DNA of 64,000 bases from a virus. Taxonomy: Duplodnaviria > Caudoviricetes. Location of the stretch: the IMG/VR virus record IMGVR_UViG_3300027914_001343, positions 85,167-149,166 of that record, one strand, 5' to 3'. The notes under the pieces were generated by a model. The model was not told the DNA's origin, did not search any database, and worked only from the letters and a program-made list of their open reading frames with translations. Both the position numbers and the translations under genes were made by a program. Below, piece by piece: positions 9,137 to 18,556 of this stretch. How positions within the stretch are numbered: position 1 is the first letter of the stretch; every line of letters starts with the position of its first letter.

Positions 9137-11725
9137 TTAATCCTCCAAGCCATAGTTTTTAATACGCAGATACATGGACGTATCAACCTTTCCCTTCATG
9201 TAGTAATCCACTACTCGCAGAATAAACTTCATGTGGTAAATGTCCAGCTCTACAACAGTAAAGAGATTGTGTGGGTGTACCACTACGTACCGATCGTCAA
9301 TTTGGTTAGCTTCTTGAGTAGGATCAAACTCAAGCAACCATTCGTAACTAGCACACAACTCAGCAACAAGTGAGTCGTTATAGTGTTGCAACAAACGATT
9401 GTCAGACAAGTAACCGTTATTCAGGTCACTAATGATCTTATTCAAGAATGGGCTATAAACCTTGTAACGATCAGTGATGGTAAAGTTCTCAGGCTTCGCC
9501 GGGATATCTGAATACATCGTCATGTAGTCAGAAACAGCAGCATCAATTACCTTAGCCTTATCGCGCAGCACAAACGTATCAGTAACACCAAATTCCTTAG
9601 TAGGAATGATAACGTCACGAATGCAGTAAGGCGCGCCATTAGCAGCATCAATCTGGACGCCGGTGTCTGTTTCTGCGAACTTCAGAGCATCGCGCGTTTT
9701 GATAGCGCCATCAACGACAATACGAATGACGCGGTCGTCACGAATGTCGAAGCGATCATTATTAGACAACAGACCAAATTGAATAAACCCTACTTCTTCT
9801 GGCACCTCGTGCTTAAGGTCAGAATCACAAAGACCAGAAACGCGAACCACTACAGCCTGTGCTTTAGTAGATGGGTTATTGAGATATTCCTTATTGAAGA
9901 TGACCACTTTAGGGAAATCAATTTTGTAATCGATACCTTCAATGATCGGGCGACCCTCGAGGAACAAATCAATGTGGCGACCAGGAATTTGCATAAGCTG
10001 AGAATGGACGTTTTCATCACGATAAACATCATGCGCCAGCGTGAATGTCAAAACACCGTCATTAGCCATCAAGCTGAGTTTATAAGAGAGCACATTATAA
10101 TCAGAACGAACCAACGTAGCTTTCTTAGTGAAGTCAACAGCCCACTTAACGGTATTATCATCAATCAAATACATCCCGCCGTGTTCAGTCACGTCTTCCC
10201 ATTCGTTTGTTGGTAAACCATCAACAATGTCACACACATAGAAACGATAATTCCTTTTCGGATCGATCGTTTGATCCTGGACACTGTAGTTTTCATCAAA
10301 ACTGGTAGACGAAACACCAGGGATGATTTCAACATAAGCAGCACCAATATTCCTACATGCGTAAATACTACTCTCGATGTGGTTGTACCAACCAAGAAGT
10401 TTCCCAGCCGAATCATACTCGTAACCGGTAGAATTCTTCCAAAGTCCATATGGGACATCAACGATTTTCTGACCAGAGCTGAGATAAACTTTACACGGTC
10501 CGTCACCAAGTACCTTAGCCATGGCGTTGTAACCAAGAGCGCTTTCAACTAACGCAGGCGTAATTACACGCGCGTCACTGCGCACAACTTCCGCATAAGC
10601 AGATGATTCCAACACATTTGCGCGCCACACTTCGTTGGTAGAATTAACACCAACCATAGCGTTGAGACGTTTCGCGTACGGAAGTTTCATCAATTCAGCA
10701 ATACGGTTGTTCTCGTAAACCAACGTTTGTGAACGACCGCCTTTACGAACAAAGACTTTGAGTTTAAGAAGATCAGCTTCTGGCCAAGCGTTAGCTACTG
10801 TGAGAGCATCGATATACGAGATACCGATGGAATATGCCTGATGCGTAACATTCCTCACGGTGTTGCCAGCATTCCTGTGCAGATAAACACCTTTCGGTTT
10901 TGCCAGCGTGCCATTTACCAGATAGAAATCAATGTCATCGTGATAATACGCGTTTTCAGAACCTTCGTCCCAAAGTAACAAGTATTTGCGAATCAAATCA
11001 AGATCAGAATCGAACGTCGGAAGTTCGCTGATAGAGATATCCAGTACCTTTTTGATGGAAGCATCAAAGATTACCTCCACGATATCGTCCGTAGCGACAT
11101 TGAGGAGATTAATGGTTTCGACAAGAAGACCATTAATGAAAGCGAAAACAGCGCCACCAAACTGAGCACCAAAGTTCTGATAATACTCGAAAGTATTCTG
11201 CAGAGCCAAAATTTCTGCGTTTGTTTTTGGAGCGCCGTATTGGATCTTAACGTCGTAAATGTCGCCGCCACTCGCAGTAGATCCAAAATACGCATTGGAA
11301 TAAAAACGAAAATACAGATCGTCAGTACCAAGTGCCTCAGAGATCTTTGGCTGATCTTGTACTGCGATGATAACGTTCTTGTCCTTCGTTACCATGTACC
11401 AGACCGTGGACTTAGGAAACATACGGCCGTTAGACAGATACGTATCAATCAACATGTTTGTTTCTTCGCAACACGTTGCCGTACTTACCCATTGCTGGTC
11501 AATATTCAAAATACCCAAAAGAGCAGGATGAAGCTGTCCAATTTGGTAAACATGGAATCTAGTTTTGGTCATGGGAAGGTCGTAAGTCTCCCACATAACA
11601 CGAACTCTGTTAAAAGCACCAGTTACGCCGGTTAAGCGTTTCGGCTTAATAATGGACTGCATATCCTGCCGAGGCGCTGCCCAGATTTTCCTTAGAGCAT
11701 AACTGACAATATGGTTGTAACTCAT
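9137..11725 (-). CDS. virion structural protein (gp27-like)
   Basis: ~860 aa from ATG 11725 (AAGGGG RBS); synteny. Confidence 0.75.
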   Translation of the reverse strand: MSYNHIVSYALRKIWAAPRQDMQSIIKPKRLTGVTGAFNRVRVMWETYDLPMTKTRFHVYQIGQLHPALLGILNIDQQWVSTATCCEETNMLIDTYLSNGRMFPKSTVWYMVTKDKNVIIAVQDQPKISEALGTDDLYFRFYSNAYFGSTASGGDIYDVKIQYGAPKTNAEILALQNTFEYYQNFGAQFGGAVFAFINGLLVETINLLNVATDDIVEVIFDASIKKVLDISISELPTFDSDLDLIRKYLLLWDEGSENAYYHDDIDFYLVNGTLAKPKGVYLHRNAGNTVRNVTHQAYSIGISYIDALTVANAWPEADLLKLKVFVRKGGRSQTLVYENNRIAELMKLPYAKRLNAMVGVNSTNEVWRANVLESSAYAEVVRSDARVITPALVESALGYNAMAKVLGDGPCKVYLSSGQKIVDVPYGLWKNSTGYEYDSAGKLLGWYNHIESSIYACRNIGAAYVEIIPGVSSTSFDENYSVQDQTIDPKRNYRFYVCDIVDGLPTNEWEDVTEHGGMYLIDDNTVKWAVDFTKKATLVRSDYNVLSYKLSLMANDGVLTFTLAHDVYRDENVHSQLMQIPGRHIDLFLEGRPIIEGIDYKIDFPKVVIFNKEYLNNPSTKAQAVVVRVSGLCDSDLKHEVPEEVGFIQFGLLSNNDRFDIRDDRVIRIVVDGAIKTRDALKFAETDTGVQIDAANGAPYCIRDVIIPTKEFGVTDTFVLRDKAKVIDAAVSDYMTMYSDIPAKPENFTITDRYKVYSPFLNKIISDLNNGYLSDNRLLQHYNDSLVAELCASYEWLLEFDPTQEANQIDDRYVVVHPHNLFTVVELDIYHMKFILRVVDYYMKGKVDTSMYLRIKNYGLED

Positions 11726-11742
11726 GTCAACCCCTTTGTGAA

Positions 11743-11773
11743 CATAAATAAGTCCGGACATTACTGTCCGGAC
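11743..11773 (-). terminator. hairpin-TATG element
   Basis: Minus strand: GTCCGGACA gtaa TGTCCGGAC ttatt TATG after the stop at 11785. Confidence 0.6.
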
Positions 11774-11784
11774 CTATTAATAGA

Positions 11785-12717
11785 TCAATTCATGAAACCA
11801 GCGCGGTTATCTTTCAGATCCACGAAATCATGGCATAGATGCACTACCGACGCCGTGAAGGTTTTCTTCAGTTGATCTTGAGAACGCTCAAGAATCCTGG
11901 AAACACCGGAGTTCTTGTAAGTGCGTTCATTGATAGCAGTGAAGATAACAGCAAGCCAGGTCGGCGGATGTTCGATACCGACAGCCAGAATTTCTTGTGC
12001 GTTGTAGCCGTACCAGGTATTTTTCAGAATCGAGAACAAAACACCTTGATTGAAGTTCTCGAGCCGAACAGTCCCGACCACAATAGTTGCTGCTGCGCAG
12101 AAATCAGCAAGCGTGGTCAGAGGAGCTTCGAGTTGATCAACAACAGCATAAACATCTTCGACAGACGAACGCGTAGCTTTTGCTACAGTAGCGGCAATCT
12201 TGTCGCGTTCTTGAGGGCCGAACTTGTTGTCTGCATCGAAAAGCGTGTAGTAGAAAATACCAGCCAGGATGGAGAGGTTTTGTTGTTCGCCAGGATTCAG
12301 TGCGTAACGTGTACGGACATTTTCACTGATCCAGGAAGCAAACGTAGCGACGGCCAGCGGAGAAACATCACGCAGATATTCGACGCGCTCAGTACGCCAG
12401 ATGTATTCGAGTGCCGCGCGCATCCTCAACATATCGCCTTCGATCGTGTTAGAAACGATAATTTCGTTGTTTTGGTTGAGGCGCGTAAAGGGCCGCATAT
12501 CAACAAAAACCTTCAGATTCCCATCTACGACAAAAGAAATCGGATGGAGAAAAGCAGGTACGTTGTTGTTGTCGTTAACGACCCAAAGGACGTTAGCAAA
12601 ACGATCGTCAGGACGGAGTCCGCCACGCACCATCGCTTCTTCGAGCGCATGTGTAATTTTGCCAATAACGAAACCAGTACACGCTGTAGTTTCGTATGCG
12701 GATGTAAACACGGACAT
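11785..12717 (-). CDS. virion structural protein (gp28-like)
   Basis: 310 aa, 'EHPPTWLA' block; divergent from the sheath gene. Confidence 0.75.
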   Translation of the reverse strand: MSVFTSAYETTACTGFVIGKITHALEEAMVRGGLRPDDRFANVLWVVNDNNNVPAFLHPISFVVDGNLKVFVDMRPFTRLNQNNEIIVSNTIEGDMLRMRAALEYIWRTERVEYLRDVSPLAVATFASWISENVRTRYALNPGEQQNLSILAGIFYYTLFDADNKFGPQERDKIAATVAKATRSSVEDVYAVVDQLEAPLTTLADFCAAATIVVGTVRLENFNQGVLFSILKNTWYGYNAQEILAVGIEHPPTWLAVIFTAINERTYKNSGVSRILERSQDQLKKTFTASVVHLCHDFVDLKDNRAGFMN

Positions 12718-12978
12718 CGCAGATCCTTTCTAATTAAATTAATATCGGGCTGACTAATGCAACCCCCATCCTATGGTAAAAAAATATTACATTGCCACTC
12801 TATAACAGGGAAAAAAGTTCCAGCTCTGTAAGATAAATAAGGAAACGTAATACTTTTTTCAAAATAGTTATGACTGAAAAACTGTTATATAGGTAGTTCA
12901 GCATATGGAGGACGAGGTTTTTAGTCTCATAGCATCGTCTTCGAGTAACCATACCATTCACCATAAAGGAATGACACG

Positions 12979-15063
12979 ATGAATGCAATCGTAAACGGTG
13001 CACCGATGACCGTGTTCCAGGGGACGAATGACAAGAGCAACCGGGCCGAGGTAGCTGAAGCCGAGGTTCTCCCGTCGCATCTCCCTTGGGTGTATCTTTA
13101 CACCCAAGATGGTCCTACCACTCCGCAACTGGTTGCTGGTAGTTCCCGGAACATCATGTACGGTGCCGACTCTTTCGATCCCCGTAAGGCCTACGCTACC
13201 CACGCTACGGTCCTCTCGAACGTTTTCCAGGCTGCGGGCAATGCCCAGATCATCCAGCGCCTGATTCCGGCAGACGCTGCCCCGCGTGCAAACCTGCGTC
13301 TGGCGCTGGATGTTCTTAGCACCAAACTGCCCGTCTACGAGCGTAATACCGATGGCTCGATCAAGACGGATGCAGCTGGTAAGCCGGTAGCCACCTCCAC
13401 CACCGTCGACGGTTACCTTGTCAAGTGGGTGAAAACCCACATTGCACTCGGCTCCGAAGGCGAAGATAAGTTTGGCCAAGGCACTGAAGTCGCTGGCGAT
13501 CAGACTGACACTGATACCGGCACGCAATCGCGCCGTATCCCTATCCTTGATCTCGAAGTCTCGCACATCGGTAGCAAGGGTAACAACCTCGGCGTTCGTC
13601 TGTTTGCGCCGACAGCTAAGTCGTCCGTGCCTGTTTCTGCCAAGACCATTTCCAAGGAAAAGGTTTATCCGTTCCGTGTCGCATTCGTTTCGCGCACTGA
13701 TGAACTCTCGACGGCCAAAGTCATTGAGACTCAGTCCGGCGAACAAACCGTGAACGTTACCTGGCAAGACATCTTCGACCGTAGCAGCGAGCAAGAACTT
13801 GGCATTACTGACAACCTGCTCAGCAAGTACCAGAACCTGGCTCCGAATGATGGTTCCATGCCGGTGTTCGGTCCGTTCGGCCGCATCAGCGTTTACAGCG
13901 AAAATATCGCTGCGCTGCAGACTCTGTTCTATGCGGCAGAAAAAGCCTTCATCGATGCGTTCTCTGATTTCACTGGCGCTTCCGGTGAAGAAGGTTTGTT
14001 CAACTTCATCAGCGGTGTTTCTTCGAACAACGTTCCTTACACCTCGTTCCGTTTGACAACCGGTGGTTCGGAAACCGTTAAACCTACTGAAGCTACCACT
14101 CTGTGGGCTACCGGTGGTTCTGACGGCACGATGTCGAACGCTGCTTTCGATCTGTTGGTGCGTGACGCTGTCGCTGATTTCGCCAATGCGAACAACAGTG
14201 TCCAAGACACTGCGTACTTCCCGACTTCCTGCCTGTATGACTCCGGCTTCGGCCTGGATGTCAAGAAAGCGCTCCCGCAGTTTATTTCGCTGCGCAAGGA
14301 CACTTTCGTGGTGCTTGCCACGCACGCAGTCGGTGAAAGCCTGACGGCTACTGAAGAATCGTCTATCGCTGTGGCACTGAAGACGGCTCTGCAGATGTAT
14401 CCGGAATCCGATTACTTCGGCACCGAAACGATGCGCGGTGTTGTTGTTGCTCGTTCCGGCAAGCTGTTGAACTCGACCTTCAAGAAACGTCTGCCTCTTT
14501 CGATCGAACTGGCCAACAAGGCTGCCAAGTACATGGGTGCTGGTAACGGCATCTGGAACAGCGTCTACTCGTTCGATGAATACCCGGCCAATGAAGTCGA
14601 GCTCTTCGGCGACATCAATTGCGCATGGACTCCCGCTACCGCCCGTAACAAGGACTGGGACAACGGGATGATCTGGGTTGAGAACTATGGGCGCAACAGC
14701 GTCTACTTCCCGGCTATCCGCACCGTTTACGGCGATGACACCAGCGTTCTGACTTCGTTCCTGACCATGGCAGCAATCGTGGAACTGGAAAAGGTCGGCG
14801 ATCGCGCTCGTCGTCGTTTCAGCGGTAACTCCAAGCTCACTACTGCTCAGCTGATCGAGCGTGTGAACCAGTTTGTGGAAGAAAACACTGTGGGTCGTTT
14901 TGATGAGCGCTTCACGATCGTGCCGGAAACTTACATCACTTCTGGTGATGAAGCTCGCGGTTACTCGTGGACGCTGAAGATCAAGATCTACGCTGCGAAC
15001 ATGAAGACTGTTCAGACCCTCGTCATCGAAGCCTATCGCGCTGACGACCTGGCTGCGGCATAA
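12979..15063 (+). CDS. tail sheath protein (gp29-like)
   Basis: 694 aa, N-terminal NGAP..QGTNDKS, YDSGF motif, strong codon bias of an abundant protein; followed by the tube gene. Confidence 0.9.
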   Translation: MNAIVNGAPMTVFQGTNDKSNRAEVAEAEVLPSHLPWVYLYTQDGPTTPQLVAGSSRNIMYGADSFDPRKAYATHATVLSNVFQAAGNAQIIQRLIPADAAPRANLRLALDVLSTKLPVYERNTDGSIKTDAAGKPVATSTTVDGYLVKWVKTHIALGSEGEDKFGQGTEVAGDQTDTDTGTQSRRIPILDLEVSHIGSKGNNLGVRLFAPTAKSSVPVSAKTISKEKVYPFRVAFVSRTDELSTAKVIETQSGEQTVNVTWQDIFDRSSEQELGITDNLLSKYQNLAPNDGSMPVFGPFGRISVYSENIAALQTLFYAAEKAFIDAFSDFTGASGEEGLFNFISGVSSNNVPYTSFRLTTGGSETVKPTEATTLWATGGSDGTMSNAAFDLLVRDAVADFANANNSVQDTAYFPTSCLYDSGFGLDVKKALPQFISLRKDTFVVLATHAVGESLTATEESSIAVALKTALQMYPESDYFGTETMRGVVVARSGKLLNSTFKKRLPLSIELANKAAKYMGAGNGIWNSVYSFDEYPANEVELFGDINCAWTPATARNKDWDNGMIWVENYGRNSVYFPAIRTVYGDDTSVLTSFLTMAAIVELEKVGDRARRRFSGNSKLTTAQLIERVNQFVEENTVGRFDERFTIVPETYITSGDEARGYSWTLKIKIYAANMKTVQTLVIEAYRADDLAAA

Positions 15064-15117
15064 AACACGGAGGGTATTTGATTATACCCTCCATCTATTC
15101 ATCGAATGGAGATCGAC

Positions 15118-15990
15118 ATGGCTCGAATCACTAATGCTCTCATGGGCGACAATGCGTACGGGAAAGGCACTCAAGGTGCTGTCCTGGACCTGCGCTATGG
15201 CGGGCAAATGGGCTTCGCTCCCAACTTGAGCGAATGGGTGAGCAACCAGCAGTACGTTAGCCGTAACGTCATCTGTCTTCTGGTTGAAGCACCTACTGGT
15301 TTCCAGCTGTTGCAAAATCCGGATTACTGGGTCGGCACGCTGCGTTCTCTCGTGGAACTGCATGCCATCAGCATTACTGGCCTCAACGCAACTCTGGAAG
15401 TTGAATACGCCGAAACTCCGGTTGGTGGCGGCGGCGAAATGCATGAAGACGTTACTGACGTCAAGCGCACTCGCACGCAAGTTACCTTCAGTTGGAACGA
15501 AAAGTATGGCATGCCCGTACAACGTTTCCTGTCCGGCTGGATTCGTTATCTGATCATGGACCCGGATGCTAAGGTTGCTCTGATCAACACTCTCAGCAGC
15601 GATGCTTCCAAGCGCGTTACTGACATGCTGTCTGATCGTTCGGCTGCCTCGATGATTTTCATCGAACCCGATCCGACCCATACGAAGGTAATGAAAGCAT
15701 GGCTCGGCACCAACATGATGCCGCGCACTTCTGGCGAAATCGAAGCGCAGCGTGACCTCACTGCTGCCGGCGAAGCCAAGAAGTACGACGTGCAATTTAC
15801 CGGTATCTTCCAATACGGTCTTGGTGTGGATACGTTGGCTCAGAAACTTCTGAACGCTATCAACATCACTGGTGCCAATCCGTACACCCGCGCAGCTTTC
15901 ATTAGCGACATCGCGGCTGACGTGAAGAAGCAAGACCAAGGCAGCTATGGTTCTAACGTGGTTGCAACTGGCGGTAGCAAGACAGCCTAA
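15118..15990 (+). CDS. tail tube protein (gp30-like)
   Basis: ~290 aa directly after sheath; 'DLRYGGQMG', 'WNEKYGMP' and 'FIEPDPT' blocks; GGAG RBS. Confidence 0.88.
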   Translation: MARITNALMGDNAYGKGTQGAVLDLRYGGQMGFAPNLSEWVSNQQYVSRNVICLLVEAPTGFQLLQNPDYWVGTLRSLVELHAISITGLNATLEVEYAETPVGGGGEMHEDVTDVKRTRTQVTFSWNEKYGMPVQRFLSGWIRYLIMDPDAKVALINTLSSDASKRVTDMLSDRSAASMIFIEPDPTHTKVMKAWLGTNMMPRTSGEIEAQRDLTAAGEAKKYDVQFTGIFQYGLGVDTLAQKLLNAINITGANPYTRAAFISDIAADVKKQDQGSYGSNVVATGGSKTA

Positions 15991-15998
15991 CAAGGCGG

Positions 15999-16033
15999 CA
16001 TATTCGGGGACCCGCAATGGTCCCCGATTTATG
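15999..16033. terminator. two-sided CATA-hairpin-TATG element
   Basis: CATA tt CGGGGACC cgcaat GGTCCCCG att TATG. Confidence 0.8.
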
Positions 16034-16040
16034 CCGTTAG

Positions 16041-17114
16041 TTAATATATACAAGCACCATGCCCTGCGCCAGGGTAAGGATAAGGCGATAGAGCAAACTG
16101 ATTTTTTAACGTAAAAGTATCGCCATTGCGTTCAAGAACAAAAACGTGATTTCCAGTTGTTGCTGAAATACCAATATAAAGATAGGTATTGTCCGGACTG
16201 AATCTGGTCCAACATACCGTACCAGAAGATGTTGGAATATTGACAGTAAGTTTACTGATACTGGAGCCGACTCGTTTCAACAAATAGAACTTGTAAGTTC
16301 CTGAAGACGGTATGTAAATGTAAGTGCCGTCAGAACTAATAGCCAAACCATGAAAATATCGAGTGGCAAGAGAAGTCACACCTGCTGTAACAAATGCTGC
16401 TTTGTTAACTATGTTGGTGAAAATACCGTTACTATAACTGTAGAGAATTGGTTGATCTGTATGTGATGTAGAAGAAGCAAGGAGGAAATTACCATCATCA
16501 CTAAAAACTACCCTACCAACATGTGAACCTGTATTACCGGCAGCAATACTAATTCTAGTGTTTGTTACAAAATCGTAACAATATAAATTAGCAGCGATGT
16601 TCCAAAGAAGACATCGATTGTCTTTGGAAAAAGCTATGACGGCACCGGTCGCCGTCGAGACAGCACTTACCAAAGTAGGTAAACTATCCCTAGTAACAAT
16701 ATCACCAGAAATATTGAAAATAGCGATATACGGCGCAGCATTCATCCTAATAGCTAGCTTAGTGCCTTCCGACGTAAAATCCAAAGAACTTACGCTGTCC
16801 CAGTCTAACGTCGGTAAGGCGAGCTCAACAAATACATTTGCTTTCCTACGAAGTATCTTTAAACCCCTTGTTGTATTTGATGCTCCACCACCCCACCAAC
16901 CATAGGCTGTGTATTCCCCATTTTTAGAAGACACAACTGTTTGGCCAGGTGCGGTAGTACTGAATGTAGCAGGTAAAACAACTTCAGTTAGACCGCCACC
17001 AGAATAATTAAAAGCCCGGAATTGTTTACCAGCAGCAAACGCACCAATCAATAAATGTGCAAATGCACCACCTGGTTTATTATTAAAGTGGCGTGTGAAT
17101 AATGAGAAACGCAT
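16041..17114 (-). CDS. WD40/lactonase-like beta-propeller protein
   Basis: Repeated blade motifs SSKNGEY, FTSEGTKL, FSKDNRCL, FSDDGNFL, ISSDGTYI, FSPDNTYL; GGAGG RBS. Confidence 0.8.
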   Translation of the reverse strand: MRFSLFTRHFNNKPGGAFAHLLIGAFAAGKQFRAFNYSGGGLTEVVLPATFSTTAPGQTVVSSKNGEYTAYGWWGGGASNTTRGLKILRRKANVFVELALPTLDWDSVSSLDFTSEGTKLAIRMNAAPYIAIFNISGDIVTRDSLPTLVSAVSTATGAVIAFSKDNRCLLWNIAANLYCYDFVTNTRISIAAGNTGSHVGRVVFSDDGNFLLASSTSHTDQPILYSYSNGIFTNIVNKAAFVTAGVTSLATRYFHGLAISSDGTYIYIPSSGTYKFYLLKRVGSSISKLTVNIPTSSGTVCWTRFSPDNTYLYIGISATTGNHVFVLERNGDTFTLKNQFALSPYPYPGAGHGACIY

Positions 17115-17133
17115 TTTAATAAACCTCCAAAAG

Positions 17134-17817
17134 TTACCTATAAAAACTAGCAGTACCTTCTGCAGTATTAGCTAATCTCACCGAATAAAGCTTACCTTTA
17201 ATACCGCGACCTATAAAAAGGTATGGGGTGCCACTTCCTATGGAAGTGTTTTTAACACCCATGTATTTTGACACAATACCAGATGGCGTAGAAATAGCTG
17301 AATAAACCTTCCCAGATGTTCTAACATAAGCCACCGAACGTCGTAAGTTGAAACCCATAGAAACCAACCATTGATTTCCTATATCGACATAAATGCTTTC
17401 GCTGCTAAGCATAAGAAGGACACCGTCCGGACCGTTATAGTAACCACCACCTTGTTGAGAAATAAGATAGCTGCCCGGACTGTCTGGGTCTAAGGACAGC
17501 TCAACAACAATAGCAAAATCTGAACCATTGTTCCTAAATTCAGCAGGTTGAGCACTCAGAGAAATGACAAGACAACAGTTCCCGTCTAGCTTTACATACT
17601 CGCGCCCGTCTGGGTCCTTACCATAAGTACCGCCAGGAAAGTCACCGTTTATAATCGAGGTGCCGGTAGCGTAATAGTACCAGTAGCCGCGTAAGTTACC
17701 CTTTAATTGCTTAAGTTTTTTATCATGCACATAAAAGTCAGCAAAAGCTCTTGGGTCAGCGACAGGACCGGCTGGTTTTCTTTTTAATATGGTTTGTGCA
17801 AGAACGAATGGTCTCAT
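17134..17817 (-). CDS. concanavalin A/LamG-like lectin-domain protein
   Basis: Beta-rich; C-terminal 'LFIGRGIKGKLYSVRL' resembles the LamG terminus; AAGGA RBS. Confidence 0.55.
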   Translation of the reverse strand: MRPFVLAQTILKRKPAGPVADPRAFADFYVHDKKLKQLKGNLRGYWYYYATGTSIINGDFPGGTYGKDPDGREYVKLDGNCCLVISLSAQPAEFRNNGSDFAIVVELSLDPDSPGSYLISQQGGGYYNGPDGVLLMLSSESIYVDIGNQWLVSMGFNLRRSVAYVRTSGKVYSAISTPSGIVSKYMGVKNTSIGSGTPYLFIGRGIKGKLYSVRLANTAEGTASFYR

Positions 17818-17870
17818 GATTTATTCCTTATAATGGTTTGTTGTTAAAAATTACTGTTACACTCACATAG

Positions 17871-17897
17871 CATAAAAGCCGGGCCATCAGGCCCGGC
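17871..17897 (-). terminator. hairpin-TATG element
   Basis: Minus strand: GCCGGGCC tgat GGCCCGGC ttt TATGC, overlapping the stop at 17887. Confidence 0.65.
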
Positions 17898-18258
17898 GTA
17901 GTTCACCTTTATACACAGCTTCGATACCAAGGGCCTTTAAATGCTCTATAACGAGATTCAGAAACAAATGCCTATGGCAGAACGTATTCGGAGCACAATA
18001 GCAAGCAAGGGCCATTCTAGGGTACTTAGCGAGTGTATCCCAGTACAATTTAAATTCTTCTTTACTTCTAACCATCTTAGCTAGATAAATCTCAGAGTAT
18101 TCTTCTTCAGAAACCTTACCAGATTTGTAATCCATGACCAGACTGTAGTCTGGAGCAAAAGCCTGAATTCCGTTCTTAGCAGTAATGTTGAGCAGTTTTA
18201 TACCTTGTGCTTCTGCTAAGCGCCATTGTCCCATTTGGATTGTCCAGATCTCATGCAT
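17887..18258 (-). CDS. DUF488-like protein
   Basis: 'FAPDYSLV', 'EEYSEIY' and 'ALACYCAPNTFCHRHL' (LxC...CHR signature); start at 18258 or 18294. Confidence 0.7.
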   Translation of the reverse strand: MHEIWTIQMGQWRLAEAQGIKLLNITAKNGIQAFAPDYSLVMDYKSGKVSEEEYSEIYLAKMVRSKEEFKLYWDTLAKYPRMALACYCAPNTFCHRHLFLNLVIEHLKALGIEAVYKGELRRA

Positions 18259-18484
18259 GTAACGAAATCGCTTTGAGCTGTCTATAGAGACCACAACCTT
18301 TACGACCTTCGGTGAAACCCCTAGCGCGCAAAAGCAATTTTATTTGTAATCCGAAGTAATTATAAACAGTCACAGATTTGCCTAGTGACCTAGCCTTAAA
18401 AAATGTTACTTCCGGTGGGCAGTTGTTAAACTTCGCCCTTAGTTCCATTTTCAAAGCGTTTCTATTTTTACGATTGTTTACCAT
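18251..18484 (-). CDS. hypothetical basic protein
   Basis: Short ORF whose stop overlaps the next start (ATGCATGA); start uncertain. Confidence 0.4.
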   Translation of the reverse strand: MVNNRKNRNALKMELRAKFNNCPPEVTFFKARSLGKSVTVYNYFGLQIKLLLRARGFTEGRKGCGLYRQLKAISLHA

Positions 18485-18501
18485 GAACGCCACCAAAGAA
18501 T

Positions 18502-18547
18502 AAAAAAAAAAATAAAGCAGGGGGAAAATCCCCCTGCTCATTATGCC
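18502..18547 (-). terminator. intrinsic terminator with U-tract (GGCATA on its 5' side)
   Basis: Minus strand: GGCATA atg AGCAGGGGG atttt CCCCCTGCT tta + T11. Confidence 0.75.
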
Positions 18548-18556
18548 TTAAGCTGT

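Noticed and set aside
12883-12900. ACCTATATAAC on the minus strand as a third early promoter
   Set aside because: Lacks the TTTCAG and A-tract parts and precedes structural genes; too weak to call.
12958-14325. Long antisense ORFs (also 8402-9373, 11839-12753, 15082-16053, 18575-19597, 25976-27073, 48889-49929, 51881-52768)
   Set aside because: They lie opposite well-supported genes with strong codon bias and show no RBS or motifs.
18502-18512. A11 tracts (also 41322-41332) as phase-variation sites
   Set aside because: Both abut GC hairpins and are explained as terminator U-tracts.
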